This document shows, in pieces, positions 45,439 to 55,333 of a stretch of 64,000 nt of DNA. Position numbers and translations under genes: made by a program. Each line of letters begins with the position of its first letter. Positions within the stretch are counted from its first letter, which is position 1. The notes beneath the pieces were generated by a model. It saw only the letters and a list, made by a program, of their open reading frames with translations, had not been told where the DNA came from and did not search any database. This DNA comes from Abditibacterium sp. (GTDB lineage Bacteria > Armatimonadota > Abditibacteriia > Abditibacteriales > Abditibacteriaceae): contig OZ251992.1 in NCBI GenBank assembly GCA_965246885.1, positions 2,048,001 to 2,112,000 on the forward strand. Reading direction: 5' to 3'.

Positions 45439-45822
45439 ATGGCTGAACCACGTTCAAATCGTCGTGCCAAGAAAGCGTCCGCTCGCGGGCAGGTTTTCAT
45501 TCAAAGCACGTTCAACAACACCATCGTGTCCGTCACCGACGGCGAAGGCAACGTCTTCTCGTGGGCGTCGGCTGGCACCGTTGGTTTCAAAGGCACCAAG
45601 AAGGGCACGCCCTATTCCGCTTCGGTCGCCGCGCAAAACGCGGCGCGTAAAGCGGCGGAAGCGGGCATGAAGCGCGTGGATATTTTCGTCAAGGGGCCGG
45701 GTTCTGGCCGCGAAACGGCGATTCGCGCCATTCAAGCGTCCGGCCTTGAAGTCGGCACCATCCGCGACGTGACGCCCGTTCCACACAACGGCTGCCGCCC
45801 GCGCAAACGGCGCCGCGTCTAA
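45439..45822 (+). CDS. rpsK: 30S ribosomal protein S11
   Basis: [27 protein letters not shown]. Confidence 0.98.
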   Translation: MAEPRSNRRAKKASARGQVFIQSTFNNTIVSVTDGEGNVFSWASAGTVGFKGTKKGTPYSASVAAQNAARKAAEAGMKRVDIFVKGPGSGRETAIRAIQASGLEVGTIRDVTPVPHNGCRPRKRRRV

Positions 45823-45968
45823 CTTTCTTTTGCCCGCAAGTCACGGCGCAAAGGTCGTGACTTTTTGGCGTTAACCCCATTTGCATCGGTCGAGCAGTTT
45901 CGCGCGGTCTAACCAAGCACGCGAAAAGTGGCCCGATGCCAATTCTCGAAGGATATTTCAAACACTCT

Positions 45969-46610
45969 ATGGCACGTTATCGTGGGCCAATTGGCAAAGT
46001 GAGTCGCCGCCTTGGTTTCGGCATCTCGGAAAAGGGAGAGCGCATTCTCGCAAAGCGTCCGTATCCCCCCGGCATGCACGGACAGGGCGGTGGCGGCGCG
46101 CGAGGCAACCCCTCCGGCCAGAAAAAGCAGTCGGACTACGCCGTCCGTCTCGCAGAAAAACAAAAAGCACGCTTTATCTATGGCGTGTTGGAAAAGCAGT
46201 TCCGCCGCATCTTCGATGAAGCTAAGCGGTTGCAAGGCGAAACCGGCGCGAACTTCTTTTCGCTCCTTGAACGTCGTCTCGACAACGTGGTGTATCGCAT
46301 GGGCCTCGCTCAGTCGCGCGCCCAAGCCCGCCAGTTGGTGTGTCATGGACACATCACCGTCAACGGGCGTAAGACCGACATCCCGTCGTTGACGGTGAAA
46401 GTCGGGATGCAAATCGCGGTGCGCCCGCAGTCGAAGAGCGCGACGTACTTCAAAGAACTCGCGGAAGGCGGCGCCAACCGGCGCGCCGTTCCGTTGTGGC
46501 TCTCGTATGATAACAGCGCGATGTCGGCGCAGGTTCTGTCCCTGCCGCGCCGCGAAGATGCCGAACCGGGCATCAACGACCTGTTCATCGTCGAGTATTA
46601 TTCGCGGTAA
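45969..46610 (+). CDS. rpsD: 30S ribosomal protein S4
   Basis: [37 protein letters not shown]. Confidence 0.97.
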   Translation: MARYRGPIGKVSRRLGFGISEKGERILAKRPYPPGMHGQGGGGARGNPSGQKKQSDYAVRLAEKQKARFIYGVLEKQFRRIFDEAKRLQGETGANFFSLLERRLDNVVYRMGLAQSRAQARQLVCHGHITVNGRKTDIPSLTVKVGMQIAVRPQSKSATYFKELAEGGANRRAVPLWLSYDNSAMSAQVLSLPRREDAEPGINDLFIVEYYSR

Positions 46611-46722
46611 TCGCGGCCCCGCCAGTGGCACGCGGCATTTTTTCGGGGCGCTTAGAGGACGCCCTGAAAACGCCGCGTGTTGGTATTGCGCGTGTTGGAT
46701 TGCCAGCACTTTTATATAACTC

Positions 46723-47700
46723 ATGCTCAATTTGACCAACGACCGCCAACTGCGCGTTCGGCCCGTTCAAGCGAACGACCGCTACGGCAAATTCGTCGTC
46801 GATCCGCTCCCCAAGGGCTACGGCCACACCCTCGGCGCGTCGCTGCGCCGCGTTTTGCTCAACTCGATTGAAGGCGTGGCGATCACCGCCGTGCAAGTGC
46901 AAGGCGTCAACCACGAGTTCTCCACCATCCCCGGCGTTGTCGAGGACATGATGGAAATCGTTCTCAACCTAAAGGAAATTTCGATTCGCTCGGTCAACGG
47001 ACGCTTGGAAGGCCCCGTCGCGGCCCGCATTGACAAAGTCGGCGAGGGCCGCGTCACAGGCGCCGACGTTCAACTGCCGCCGGGCGTGCAAATTGTGTCG
47101 CCCGACCGCCCCATCTGCACGCTGTCGCGTCCCGACGCGCGTTTCGACGCCGTTTTGACCATCGAAGGCGGCGTCGGCTACGTGCCGTCGGGCATGCAAG
47201 AGCGCGCCAAAACCATCGGCACCATCCCCGTTGACGCGCTCTACTCGCCCGTCACGCGCGTGAACTACTTCGTTGAACCGACCCGTTCGGGCCAGCAAAC
47301 CGACCTCGACAAGCTCACGCTCGAAATTCACACCAACGGCTCGCTTCCTCCGGGCGGCGCGTTGTCGGGCGCGGCGCAGATTCTGACGAACTACTTGCAA
47401 CTGTTCACCGGCCTCGAAGGGGCCATCGAAGTCGCGCCCATTGACGGCGTGGCCGCGAAGAACCCGCAAACGCGCGACATCAAAATAGACGATCTCGACT
47501 TCTCGAACCGCACCTACAACTGCCTCAAGCGCCAAGGCATCGAAACGCTTGAAGAGTTGGGCGGCTACACGGAAGAAGAACTGATGAACATCCGCAACTT
47601 CGGCCAAAAGAGTTTGGACGAAGTGAAGGACAAACTGAAGGAATACAACCTCGGCTTGCGCACTCCCGCGAGTTCGGACGCCGAGGAATACGCTATCTAA
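46723..47700 (+). CDS. rpoA: RNA polymerase alpha subunit
   Basis: PL..GYG.TLG..LRR.LL, HEFSTIPGV.ED, IPVDA.YSPV, R..NCLKR, RNFG.KSL.E. Confidence 0.98.
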   Translation: MLNLTNDRQLRVRPVQANDRYGKFVVDPLPKGYGHTLGASLRRVLLNSIEGVAITAVQVQGVNHEFSTIPGVVEDMMEIVLNLKEISIRSVNGRLEGPVAARIDKVGEGRVTGADVQLPPGVQIVSPDRPICTLSRPDARFDAVLTIEGGVGYVPSGMQERAKTIGTIPVDALYSPVTRVNYFVEPTRSGQQTDLDKLTLEIHTNGSLPPGGALSGAAQILTNYLQLFTGLEGAIEVAPIDGVAAKNPQTRDIKIDDLDFSNRTYNCLKRQGIETLEELGGYTEEELMNIRNFGQKSLDEVKDKLKEYNLGLRTPASSDAEEYAI

Positions 47701-47733
47701 GCCGTTGGCCGCGTGCCAACGGCGCTTAAAACA

Positions 47734-48222
47734 ATGCGACACAAAATTGGAAAGCGCAAGCTGAATAAGCCGACTGATCAGCGCATGGCGCTCTTGAAGA
47801 ATCAGGTGCAGCAACTGTTCATGCACGAGCGCTTGGTCACCACCGAAGCGCGCGCCAAAGAAGTGCGTTCGCTCGCGGAAAAGTTGATCACGCGCGCGAA
47901 AGTGGACACGTTGGCCAACCGTCAACAGGTCGAAAAATACATCCAGAAGCCGCCCTTGCCCTTCGAAAGCAAGGAGAAATTCGAGGAGCGGAAAACGCGC
48001 AACCCGTTTGCGATTCGCAAATCGTACACGGTCAAAAAGTGGCGCGACGCCCCGCACCCCGAACGCGAAATCTTGGACAAGCTGTTCACCGACATCGCGC
48101 CGCGCTACGCGAGCCGCGCCAAAGACGCTCCCGGCGGCAACGGTGGCTACCTCCGCATCGTGAAGCTGCCCGCCCGCCGGGGCGACGCCGCGCCGCAGGC
48201 GTTGCTGCTCTTGGTGGAGTAG
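47734..48222 (+). CDS. rplQ: 50S ribosomal protein L17 with internal insertion
   Basis: MRH..KL....QR.A, TT..RAKE....EKLIT, GGY.RI.K...R.GD.A. Confidence 0.95.
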   Translation: MRHKIGKRKLNKPTDQRMALLKNQVQQLFMHERLVTTEARAKEVRSLAEKLITRAKVDTLANRQQVEKYIQKPPLPFESKEKFEERKTRNPFAIRKSYTVKKWRDAPHPEREILDKLFTDIAPRYASRAKDAPGGNGGYLRIVKLPARRGDAAPQALLLLVE

Positions 48223-48226
48223 GCAA

Positions 48227-48523
48227 ATGAAAACGCCAGAACAGTGCGCGGATATAACCGACATCCGGGCCGAGATAGACGCCATTGACCGCGAGGTCGT
48301 GGCGCTCATCGGCAAGCGTGCCGGGTATGTCGCGGCAGCGTCCAAGTTCAAAACGAGTGCGTCGAGCGTGCAAGCGCCGGAGCGCCAACGCGCGATGCTC
48401 GAAGCGCGCCGCGCGTGGGCCGCAGCGGAAGGGCTAAACCCCGATGTCATCGAGAAGATGTATCGAGATTTGGTCGCCTATTTCGTCTCGGAAGAGATGG
48501 CCAAATGGCGCGAAAATGCCTGA
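48227..48523 (+). CDS. Isochorismate-pyruvate lyase / type II chorismate mutase (PchB-like)
   Basis: MKTPEQC....DIR..ID.IDR..V..IG.R..YV.AASKFK..APER...ML..RR.WA...GL. Confidence 0.85.
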   Translation: MKTPEQCADITDIRAEIDAIDREVVALIGKRAGYVAAASKFKTSASSVQAPERQRAMLEARRAWAAAEGLNPDVIEKMYRDLVAYFVSEEMAKWRENA

Positions 48524-49274
48524 CACCCGCCGCATCGCCTTTACCGTCGCTTATAACGGGGCCGCTTTTTGTGGCTCGCAGCGTCAAAGCAACGGGATGA
48601 CGGTGCAGGGCGAACTTGAACGCGCCCTCGAACGGGTGCTAAAGCAACCGCACACGGTCGCTTTGGCCGGAAGAACCGACGCGGGCGTTCACGCGACGGG
48701 GCAAGTCGGGATGTTCGAGACGGACAACCTGTCGCTACCCGCCGAGCGCGCCCCGCTCGCGCTGAACAGCGTGCTTTCGCGCGAAATCCGCGTTCGAGAG
48801 GGGCGGGCAGTGGACGAACGCTTTCACCCCCGCTTTTCGGCGCGGAGCCGCGTTTACCGCTATCGGTTCCAACTGGGCGCGACCGCTTCGCCGCTCTTGC
48901 ACCATCAGGCGGCGTGGTTGCCGTCCGAGCCGAGCGTGGTTGCCATGCGGCAGGGTGCGGAAGCGTTCATCGGGCGGCAGAATTTCGCGGCGTGGGCCTC
49001 GGCAGGTTCGCCCACGCCGACGACAGTTCGGACGGTGAAGCGGCTGGAGATAAAGAAGGCCCACGCGTTCGGGGCGGAGATTTTGGAAATCGAAATCGAG
49101 GCCGATGCGTTTCTTTATCAGATGGTGCGCAACATCGTTGGCGCCTTGGTGGAAGTGGGGTTTGGTAAATTAGATGACAACGATTTGCGACGGCTCACGC
49201 GGGGACGGGATAGGACGAAGTGTCCGCCGCCTGCGCCGCCGCAAGGTTTATGTTTAGAGGAAGTGAAATACTAA
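48516..49274 (+). CDS. truA: tRNA pseudouridine(38-40) synthase
   Basis: Y.G..F.G.Q.Q, AGRTDAGVHA.GQV, FHPRFSA..R.YRY, AFLY.MVR.IVG, APP.GL.L..V.Y. Confidence 0.96.
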   Translation: MPDTRRIAFTVAYNGAAFCGSQRQSNGMTVQGELERALERVLKQPHTVALAGRTDAGVHATGQVGMFETDNLSLPAERAPLALNSVLSREIRVREGRAVDERFHPRFSARSRVYRYRFQLGATASPLLHHQAAWLPSEPSVVAMRQGAEAFIGRQNFAAWASAGSPTPTTVRTVKRLEIKKAHAFGAEILEIEIEADAFLYQMVRNIVGALVEVGFGKLDDNDLRRLTRGRDRTKCPPPAPPQGLCLEEVKY

Positions 49275-49736
49275 ATGGCGAGCATTACTCAAAAATCCTT
49301 TCGCGCCAAACCGCTTGAAATCGAGCGGAACTGGTTCGTTATAGACGCCGCAGGCCAAACCGTTGGCCGCTTGGCGTCGCGCATCGCGCACGTTCTGCGC
49401 GGCAAGCACAAGGCCACCTTCACGCCCGGAGTAGACACCGGCGATTTCGTGATCGTGCTCAACGCCGAGAAGGTCGTTTTTACTGGCGGCAAGCTCGACT
49501 CGCAGATCTACTACCGCACGACCACGCGCCCCGGCTCGATGAGAAAGACCGACGCGCGCACACTGCTTGCGACCGACCCGCGCCAAGTCCTCGAAGAAGC
49601 CGTCTGGGGCATGATCCCCAAAGGCACCTTGGGCCGCGCGCAATACCGCAAATTGCACGTTTACGCCGGGACAAAGCACCCGCACCAAGCGCAAAACCCG
49701 CAACCCTTGGAGGTCGGCGCCATCGGCGTTGGCTAA
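49275..49736 (+). CDS. rplM: 50S ribosomal protein L13
   Basis: W.VIDA....GRLAS, GKHK..FTP.VD.GD.VIV.NAEK, HPH.AQ.P. Confidence 0.98.
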   Translation: MASITQKSFRAKPLEIERNWFVIDAAGQTVGRLASRIAHVLRGKHKATFTPGVDTGDFVIVLNAEKVVFTGGKLDSQIYYRTTTRPGSMRKTDARTLLATDPRQVLEEAVWGMIPKGTLGRAQYRKLHVYAGTKHPHQAQNPQPLEVGAIGVG

Positions 49737-49749
49737 AGGGCTAATCATC

Positions 49750-50136
49750 ATGGCAGACACTTTTTACGGCACCGGCAAGCGCAAGAACGCCATTGCGCGC
49801 GTGTGGATTACCCCCGGCAACGGCAACATCACTGTCAACGACAAACCCGTTGACCAATACTTCCCGCGCATCGCGTCGCAACAACTCATCCGCTCCGTTT
49901 TCGCAGCGTCGGGCGAGCAGCAGTTCGACGTGCGCGCCTTTTGCATCGGCGGCGGCACCTCCGGTCAGGCGGGCGCCGTCAAGCACGGCATCGCCAAAGC
50001 GCTCGTCCTCCAAAACGAAGAGTTGCGCGGCGCCCTGCGCGAAATCGGCGCCCTGACCCGCGACCCGCGCGTCAAAGAGCGCAAAAAATACGGTCGCAAG
50101 CGCGCCCGCAGAGGCTTCCAGTTCTCGAAGCGCTAA
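49750..50136 (+). CDS. rpsI: 30S ribosomal protein S9
   Basis: [34 protein letters not shown]...QFSKR. Confidence 0.98.
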   Translation: MADTFYGTGKRKNAIARVWITPGNGNITVNDKPVDQYFPRIASQQLIRSVFAASGEQQFDVRAFCIGGGTSGQAGAVKHGIAKALVLQNEELRGALREIGALTRDPRVKERKKYGRKRARRGFQFSKR

Positions 50137-50155
50137 GCTGGAACCGCACTTCTCG

Positions 50156-50188
50156 AACCCGCCCCGAACTTCGGGGCGGGTTTCGTTT
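50156..50188 (+). terminator. Rho-independent terminator after rpsI
   Basis: ACCCGCCCCGAA-C-TTCGGGGCGGGT followed by TTCGTTT. Confidence 0.8.
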
Positions 50189-50210
50189 CGCCGGGGCTTA
50201 AACTCCTTCC

Positions 50211-50648
50211 ATGCTTCATTATCTCTGCTTCGCCTGCCGACGCGCGGTGAAGAAACATTACAGTTCGCCTTATCGGACTGCTCTGCACAAGTGCCCAGAG
50301 TGCGGGGGCGCCATGATTCATATGGGAAAATGCTTCGCCGCGCCTCCGCGACAAGACGAACGGGAGTGGAAGAAGTTAGAATGGATGGTGGCCAACGGCT
50401 GGAACGGCAGGAACTGGCCTGTTCGCCCTTCGATGAACCTCGCGGAAGTGCGATCGGCGCTGCGAGCATGGCGGGAAACCGTCGCAACTGCGAAGCGGAA
50501 AGAGAGGGTGAGGCGGTCGCTCGCCAAATTGGGGCGCCGCCCCGCGATGAGTCAACGGATGCAATTCCGCGCGGAACTGAAACGGCAGCGCCGCTACCAA
50601 GACGGCGTCCTATCGGCGCTTGGCAAACTGCCTGAAGACCCCACATGA
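50211..50648 (+). CDS. Hypothetical basic protein with N-terminal zinc ribbon
   Basis: CFACR..K ... CPECG..M..MG..F.APP..D...W pattern. Confidence 0.65.
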   Translation: MLHYLCFACRRAVKKHYSSPYRTALHKCPECGGAMIHMGKCFAAPPRQDEREWKKLEWMVANGWNGRNWPVRPSMNLAEVRSALRAWRETVATAKRKERVRRSLAKLGRRPAMSQRMQFRAELKRQRRYQDGVLSALGKLPEDPT

Positions 50649-51586
50649 CAACGACCCCAGACGGCGCGGTACCCCCTCCAACTCTCCACTTCGCTACGCG
50701 CGGCGCTACCTGTGCCAAGCGCTTGGCTCTCTTCCTTCCGCTCCTCATTGCGTCGCTCGCCGGGTGCGAGCAGGCGCGTCCGCCCAGCCCCGCCGTTGTC
50801 GCGGCGCGCACGGCGACCGGCACGGTTGCCACGAAGTTTGAAACCAAGACGCAACCGGAACCGCCGCGCGCCGGGACGACTTCCATCTGGAATTTCAAGG
50901 TCTTCGATGTCCACAACAAAGAGGACGGGACGCGCAAAGAATGGAAATTCTTCAAGGCTCTGCCGCAAAGCGCGACCGATAAAGGCACAACGCAAGTCTT
51001 GATGAACGCTTGGCTTATCTCCAAAGACAAAGACGTGTTCCTCCCGCAGAAGCCCACTTACGGGCAATACGGCTCCTTCCTCACCGACTGGAACATCCCG
51101 CGCTCTGGCCAATACATCTTGTTCGCCGAGTATCAGCCCGTCGTCGCCAAAGATGAACTTTCGCCCGACGACCTCAAAGGCTCTAAAGCCTTGCCCATCG
51201 AACACGCGCGTTGGGAAGTTGCCGTTGGCGGTCAGGCGAGCGTCGTCCCCGCCTTTTTCGCCGCCTCGACGAATGGCGGACTGAGCTCCGCGTGGAGTCT
51301 TGACGCGAGCGACTACGGTACGCGCGCCCCCTTCACCGTTGCGCTCGCCGCGCGGTCGCTCGCGGTGGGTGTGCCCGCTACACTCGCGCCCAAATTGGGC
51401 GACGTCATCGGCGTAGTCACGGAGCAGTCCGTCACGGCGTTGTCGCCGGACACGCAAACTCTGTTGCACGCCGTCGGCGCCGCGCCGCAACTGACCTTCA
51501 CCCAAAGGGGCGTGTGGCGGGTGTGGTTCACGTTTCGCGTGGACGGCAAACCGTTCGCCGCGTCGTTCGATTTAACCGTTCGGTGA
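50645..51586 (+). CDS. Hypothetical lipoprotein
   Basis: Lipobox LAGC after a hydrophobic stretch; P..G.Y.LF.EY.P and F...G.WRVW..F...G motifs. Confidence 0.65.
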   Translation: MTTTPDGAVPPPTLHFATRGATCAKRLALFLPLLIASLAGCEQARPPSPAVVAARTATGTVATKFETKTQPEPPRAGTTSIWNFKVFDVHNKEDGTRKEWKFFKALPQSATDKGTTQVLMNAWLISKDKDVFLPQKPTYGQYGSFLTDWNIPRSGQYILFAEYQPVVAKDELSPDDLKGSKALPIEHARWEVAVGGQASVVPAFFAASTNGGLSSAWSLDASDYGTRAPFTVALAARSLAVGVPATLAPKLGDVIGVVTEQSVTALSPDTQTLLHAVGAAPQLTFTQRGVWRVWFTFRVDGKPFAASFDLTVR

Positions 51587-52048
51587 TTTGTCGTAGGCTG
51601 CCGCTTCGACTAGCACGCCGTCGAAGTCGTGGAAGTAGACCAGCCGCTTCGCGCCCAGACTGCCGACGCGAAAGGGGACTTCGACGGGTTCGCCGAGGAG
51701 TTCCAATCCTAACGCGCGCACTCTGGCGAGGGTGGCGTCGAGGTCATCTACCTCGAAGGCGATATGCCGGACGCCCCTTGTGTTCGCCTGCCCGTTGGGG
51801 GTACACTCGACGCCCTCAGGGGCGTCGTAGCGGATGAGTTCGAGGCGCGCGCCGCGTTCGTTACCGTCGGGCGCTTCCAAGAACAGGCACTCCGCCCTCG
51901 CGCCGGGAAGTCCGCTGACTTGCGCAATCCAGTCGCCTTCCAAAACTGCCGAGAAGCCGCGTTGCCAGCCGAAGACGTGCTCATAGAAGCGCGCGGCGCG
52001 CTCTAAATCGGCCACCACAAGGTTGACGTGATCTAACCTTGCGCTCAC
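51572..52048 (-). CDS. VOC/glyoxalase family protein
   Basis: DHVNLVV.DL....FY..VFG, LELI.Y, G.RHIAFEVDD, YF.D.DG..VE. Confidence 0.9.
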   Translation of the reverse strand: MSARLDHVNLVVADLERAARFYEHVFGWQRGFSAVLEGDWIAQVSGLPGARAECLFLEAPDGNERGARLELIRYDAPEGVECTPNGQANTRGVRHIAFEVDDLDATLARVRALGLELLGEPVEVPFRVGSLGAKRLVYFHDFDGVLVEAAAYDKSPNG

Positions 52049-53154
52049 AGTTCCTCCAGAAACGCCGCCAGTTGCGAGCGTGTCGGGCTTTGCGCGCTAC
52101 GCACGTAGTAGCCGCTCGTGCCCACGCCCATTTGCAGAGCTTGCGCCAGACTCCCGCCCAGCAATAATCCCAAGCAAAACCCGGCGTTAAAATGGTCGCC
52201 CGCGCCCGTCGAAATGAGCGGATGCGCGATCCAAGGCCCGTTGACGGTTGCCGCGTCGTGGGAATTGGCCGCCGCCGCGAAGCGAGTGGGATGCACCACG
52301 ACCGTCCCAATCTCCAAGCGCGCGCGGATGGCCGCCGCCAACTCCGGCGCGCTTTCGTGGTCTAAAACTTCACCCAAGGGGGTTGGCACATCGAGCACTT
52401 CCCCGACTTGCAAGGCTTCCTTTTCGTTCAAGCCCAGTATCACGTCGTGCCGCTCGCCGAAGCGCGCAATGGTGTCCATCGCTTCCAGAATGTCCTCTTT
52501 GCTCCGCTTTTCCGGGTCGGCGAGGTCGAAGAAGACCGTCTTGCGCGCTTCGTGCGAGAGGTTCACCAGCATCTCGCCCCACAGCGCGGTCATGTAAGGC
52601 AGCATCGTCCAGTTCACGACGCCGACAAAGCGCGCGGCTTCCCATGCCGCCGCGAAGGTGTCCCGTCCGACGTTGCGCTCGATATTGGCCCACGTCACCT
52701 GCGCGACGGTCGCGTGCTTGCCGACGATGAGCTTGCCGTCGTCGAACTCATAAGCATCGGTAAAGGCGGGGTCGCAGATGGGCAGCAGCTTGGCCCGCGT
52801 CGCAAAGTCGGCGAACACCTCGTGCGGAAAGGGGTGCCCCGTCATGCCGCAATAGGTCACGTCCGAGCTGAGTGCGCCGAGGGCGTTGGCCATGATGGGG
52901 CCGTTGCCGCCCAACTTGAGAAGCGTGGGCACGATTTCGACGTTGGCCGACTTGCCCGCCGCCGCCGCGATGCGCTCGCCAAAGGCGCGTAGTGTCGGGA
53001 TGCGCGAGTAGTTCGCCGCGTCGTGGCGCGTTTCGACGGCATCACAAATGGTATCCACGAACCCATCGAAACCCAACAAAGCCGGAATGGGCGGAGCGTC
53101 AAAGCGGAGCAGGGCGGCGCTGTCGCGCGCCAAAGAAGCGGAAGAATGAAGCAT
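52045..53154 (-). CDS. PfkB-family carbohydrate kinase-like protein
   Basis: GFDGFVD, GGNGPIMA.A, LNEKEA, STGAGDHFNAGF. Confidence 0.85.
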   Translation of the reverse strand: MLHSSASLARDSAALLRFDAPPIPALLGFDGFVDTICDAVETRHDAANYSRIPTLRAFGERIAAAAGKSANVEIVPTLLKLGGNGPIMANALGALSSDVTYCGMTGHPFPHEVFADFATRAKLLPICDPAFTDAYEFDDGKLIVGKHATVAQVTWANIERNVGRDTFAAAWEAARFVGVVNWTMLPYMTALWGEMLVNLSHEARKTVFFDLADPEKRSKEDILEAMDTIARFGERHDVILGLNEKEALQVGEVLDVPTPLGEVLDHESAPELAAAIRARLEIGTVVVHPTRFAAAANSHDAATVNGPWIAHPLISTGAGDHFNAGFCLGLLLGGSLAQALQMGVGTSGYYVRSAQSPTRSQLAAFLEEL

Positions 53155-53199
53155 CGCAGGGGTTAAGGATGCCAAATCAGTCGTTGGCGCGGGCGGGCG

Positions 53200-53300
53200 G
53201 CTCGTTCGTTTGTGTGCGTCAGTGGTTGACAGAGCCGCGCCAATGGAAGAATTAGCCGCGCCGATGAATGACAGGGCCGCGCCGATGGGTGACGGACACA
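53200..53300. repeat. 21-bp-period degenerate repeats (..GCCGCGCCGATG..)
   Basis: AGAGCCGCGCCAATGGAAGAA / TTAGCCGCGCCGATGAATGAC / AGGGCCGCGCCGATGGGTGAC in a divergent intergenic region. Confidence 0.7.
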
Positions 53301-53392
53301 AATAACTCCCTGGATTACCTACTTGGGGGACAGATTCGCGTCGCTCCCGGCGCGGTTTAGGCAAGGAATCCGATTTGCGCATACTCCGCGCG

Positions 53393-53908
53393 ATGAATTA
53401 CCTTCGCAACCCGCGCGCTTATGCCGACGGACTGCCCGGAGTGGGCCTATTAATCTTGCGCATGTTCCTCGGCTACGCGATGATGATGCACTCGTTGGGC
53501 AAAATCGGACACCCGTTCAGTTGGATGGATGGGCGCGGGCCGTCGGGCGTTCCCGGCTTCTTCCAAGCCCTTGGCGCGGCGGGCGAGTTCGCGGGCGGAT
53601 TGGGATTGCTGTTCGGCCTGCTCACGCCCATCGCCGCGTTTGGCGTGATGTCCACCATGTTCGTGGCCACCATGTTCTTGCTTACCCACGCGCCTGCTCC
53701 GCACTACTTCATCAAGCCCCAAGATGTCAAAGACGGCAGCGATTATGAAAGCTCCGCGATGTATTTCATCTTCGCGCTCACCCTGTTCCTGACTGGCCCC
53801 GGTCGCTTGTCGGTGGATGCGTTCTTGTTCGGGCGCAACCGTAGTGCCGCCGCCGTGCCCAAAGCCGTCGCGCCATCGCCCGCGCCCCCGGCTCCCATCA
53901 AAAGCTGA
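53393..53908 (+). CDS. DoxX family membrane protein
   Basis: GLLILR..LG....H...K, EF.GG..L..GLLT..AA, GPG..SVD. Confidence 0.9.
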   Translation: MNYLRNPRAYADGLPGVGLLILRMFLGYAMMMHSLGKIGHPFSWMDGRGPSGVPGFFQALGAAGEFAGGLGLLFGLLTPIAAFGVMSTMFVATMFLLTHAPAPHYFIKPQDVKDGSDYESSAMYFIFALTLFLTGPGRLSVDAFLFGRNRSAAAVPKAVAPSPAPPAPIKS

Positions 53909-53971
53909 CGCCCAACGACCGGCGTGCGCGTCCTAAACTCGAAAGCTCTCGCTTTCGAGTTTTCCGTTTTC

Positions 53972-55327
53972 ATGCTTTCCTCTCTCCAAGAAAAAATCTC
54001 CGGCGCTTTTGCCAAACTGCGCGGCAAGGGGCGCTTGTCCGAAGCCGACGTGGACGCGGCATTGCGCGAAGTGCGCCTCGCGCTTCTCGAAGCGGACGTG
54101 AACTTCAAGATTGTCAAAGAGTTCGTCGCCCGCGTGCGCGAAAAGGCCGTCGGGCGCGATGTGTTGGACAGTCTGTCACCCGACCAGATGGTCGTGGGCA
54201 TCGTGCGCGACGAACTGCAAGCCCTCTTGGGCGGCCAAACGCACCGCCTGAACTGGAGTTCGCGCCCGCCGACCATCATCCTGCTCGCGGGCTTGCAAGG
54301 CACGGGCAAAACCACCACCGCCGGAAAGCTGGCGGGGCTTCTCAAGCGCGAGGGCAAGAAGCCGCTTCTTGTGGCGTGCGACGTTTACCGCCCGCAAGCC
54401 ATCTTGCAACTCCAAACCGTCGGCAAGCAAGTCGGCGCGCACGTTTACGAGGAAGGCAAAGGCAACCCCGTTCATATCGCGCAGCGCGGCGTGAGCTACG
54501 CGCGCGAGCACGGGCACGATGTCGTCATTATCGACACGGCGGGCCGCTTGCACGTGGACGAAGCGATGATGAGCGAGGTTAAGGCCATCTTCGAGGCGGT
54601 CAAACCGGACGAAACCTTGCTTGCGCTCGACGCCATGACCGGCCAAGACGCCGTGCAAGCCGCCGCCGCGTTCAACGAGGCGCTCGCGCTAACGGGCGTA
54701 ATCCTCACCAAGATGGACGGCGACGCGCGCGGCGGCGCGATTTTGTCCGTGCGCTCCGTCACGGGCGTTGCGGTCAAGTTCATCGGCACGGGCGAAAAGT
54801 TGGACGCCATCGAGCAGTTCTACCCCGACCGCATGGCCGGACGGATATTGGGCATGGGCGACATTCTCTCGCTCGTCGAGACGGCGCAGAAGAACTTCGA
54901 TGTCAAGAGCGCCGACGAAATGGAGAAGCGGATGCGCAAGGGTGTCTTCGACTTCGAGGATTTCCTCGCGCAGATGCGCGAAATGCGCAAAATGGGGCCG
55001 ATGGAGAAGATACTGGAGATGCTTCCCGGCATGCCGAAGATGCCCGCCGGAGCCGCGCCGGGAATGGACGAGAAGTCCATGAAGCGCGTCGAAGCCATCG
55101 TGCTTTCGATGACGCCCAAAGAACGCCGCAACCCCGATCTTATGAACGGCAGCCGCAAAAAACGAATCGCCGCCGGAAGCGGCACGAGCGTGCAGGAAGT
55201 CAACCGCCTCCTCAACCAATTCCGCGACATGCAAAAGATGATGAAGCAACTCCAAGCCATGCAAACCGGCAAAATGAAAATGCCGCGCGGCTTCAACCCC
55301 GCCAACATGATGCGCGGGCGACGGTGA
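53972..55327 (+). CDS. ffh: Signal recognition particle protein Ffh
   Basis: LLEADV, GLQG.GKTT, DTAGR, TK.DGDARGG, Met-rich M domain. Confidence 0.98.
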   Translation: MLSSLQEKISGAFAKLRGKGRLSEADVDAALREVRLALLEADVNFKIVKEFVARVREKAVGRDVLDSLSPDQMVVGIVRDELQALLGGQTHRLNWSSRPPTIILLAGLQGTGKTTTAGKLAGLLKREGKKPLLVACDVYRPQAILQLQTVGKQVGAHVYEEGKGNPVHIAQRGVSYAREHGHDVVIIDTAGRLHVDEAMMSEVKAIFEAVKPDETLLALDAMTGQDAVQAAAAFNEALALTGVILTKMDGDARGGAILSVRSVTGVAVKFIGTGEKLDAIEQFYPDRMAGRILGMGDILSLVETAQKNFDVKSADEMEKRMRKGVFDFEDFLAQMREMRKMGPMEKILEMLPGMPKMPAGAAPGMDEKSMKRVEAIVLSMTPKERRNPDLMNGSRKKRIAAGSGTSVQEVNRLLNQFRDMQKMMKQLQAMQTGKMKMPRGFNPANMMRGRR

Positions 55328-55333
55328 AGCGGC

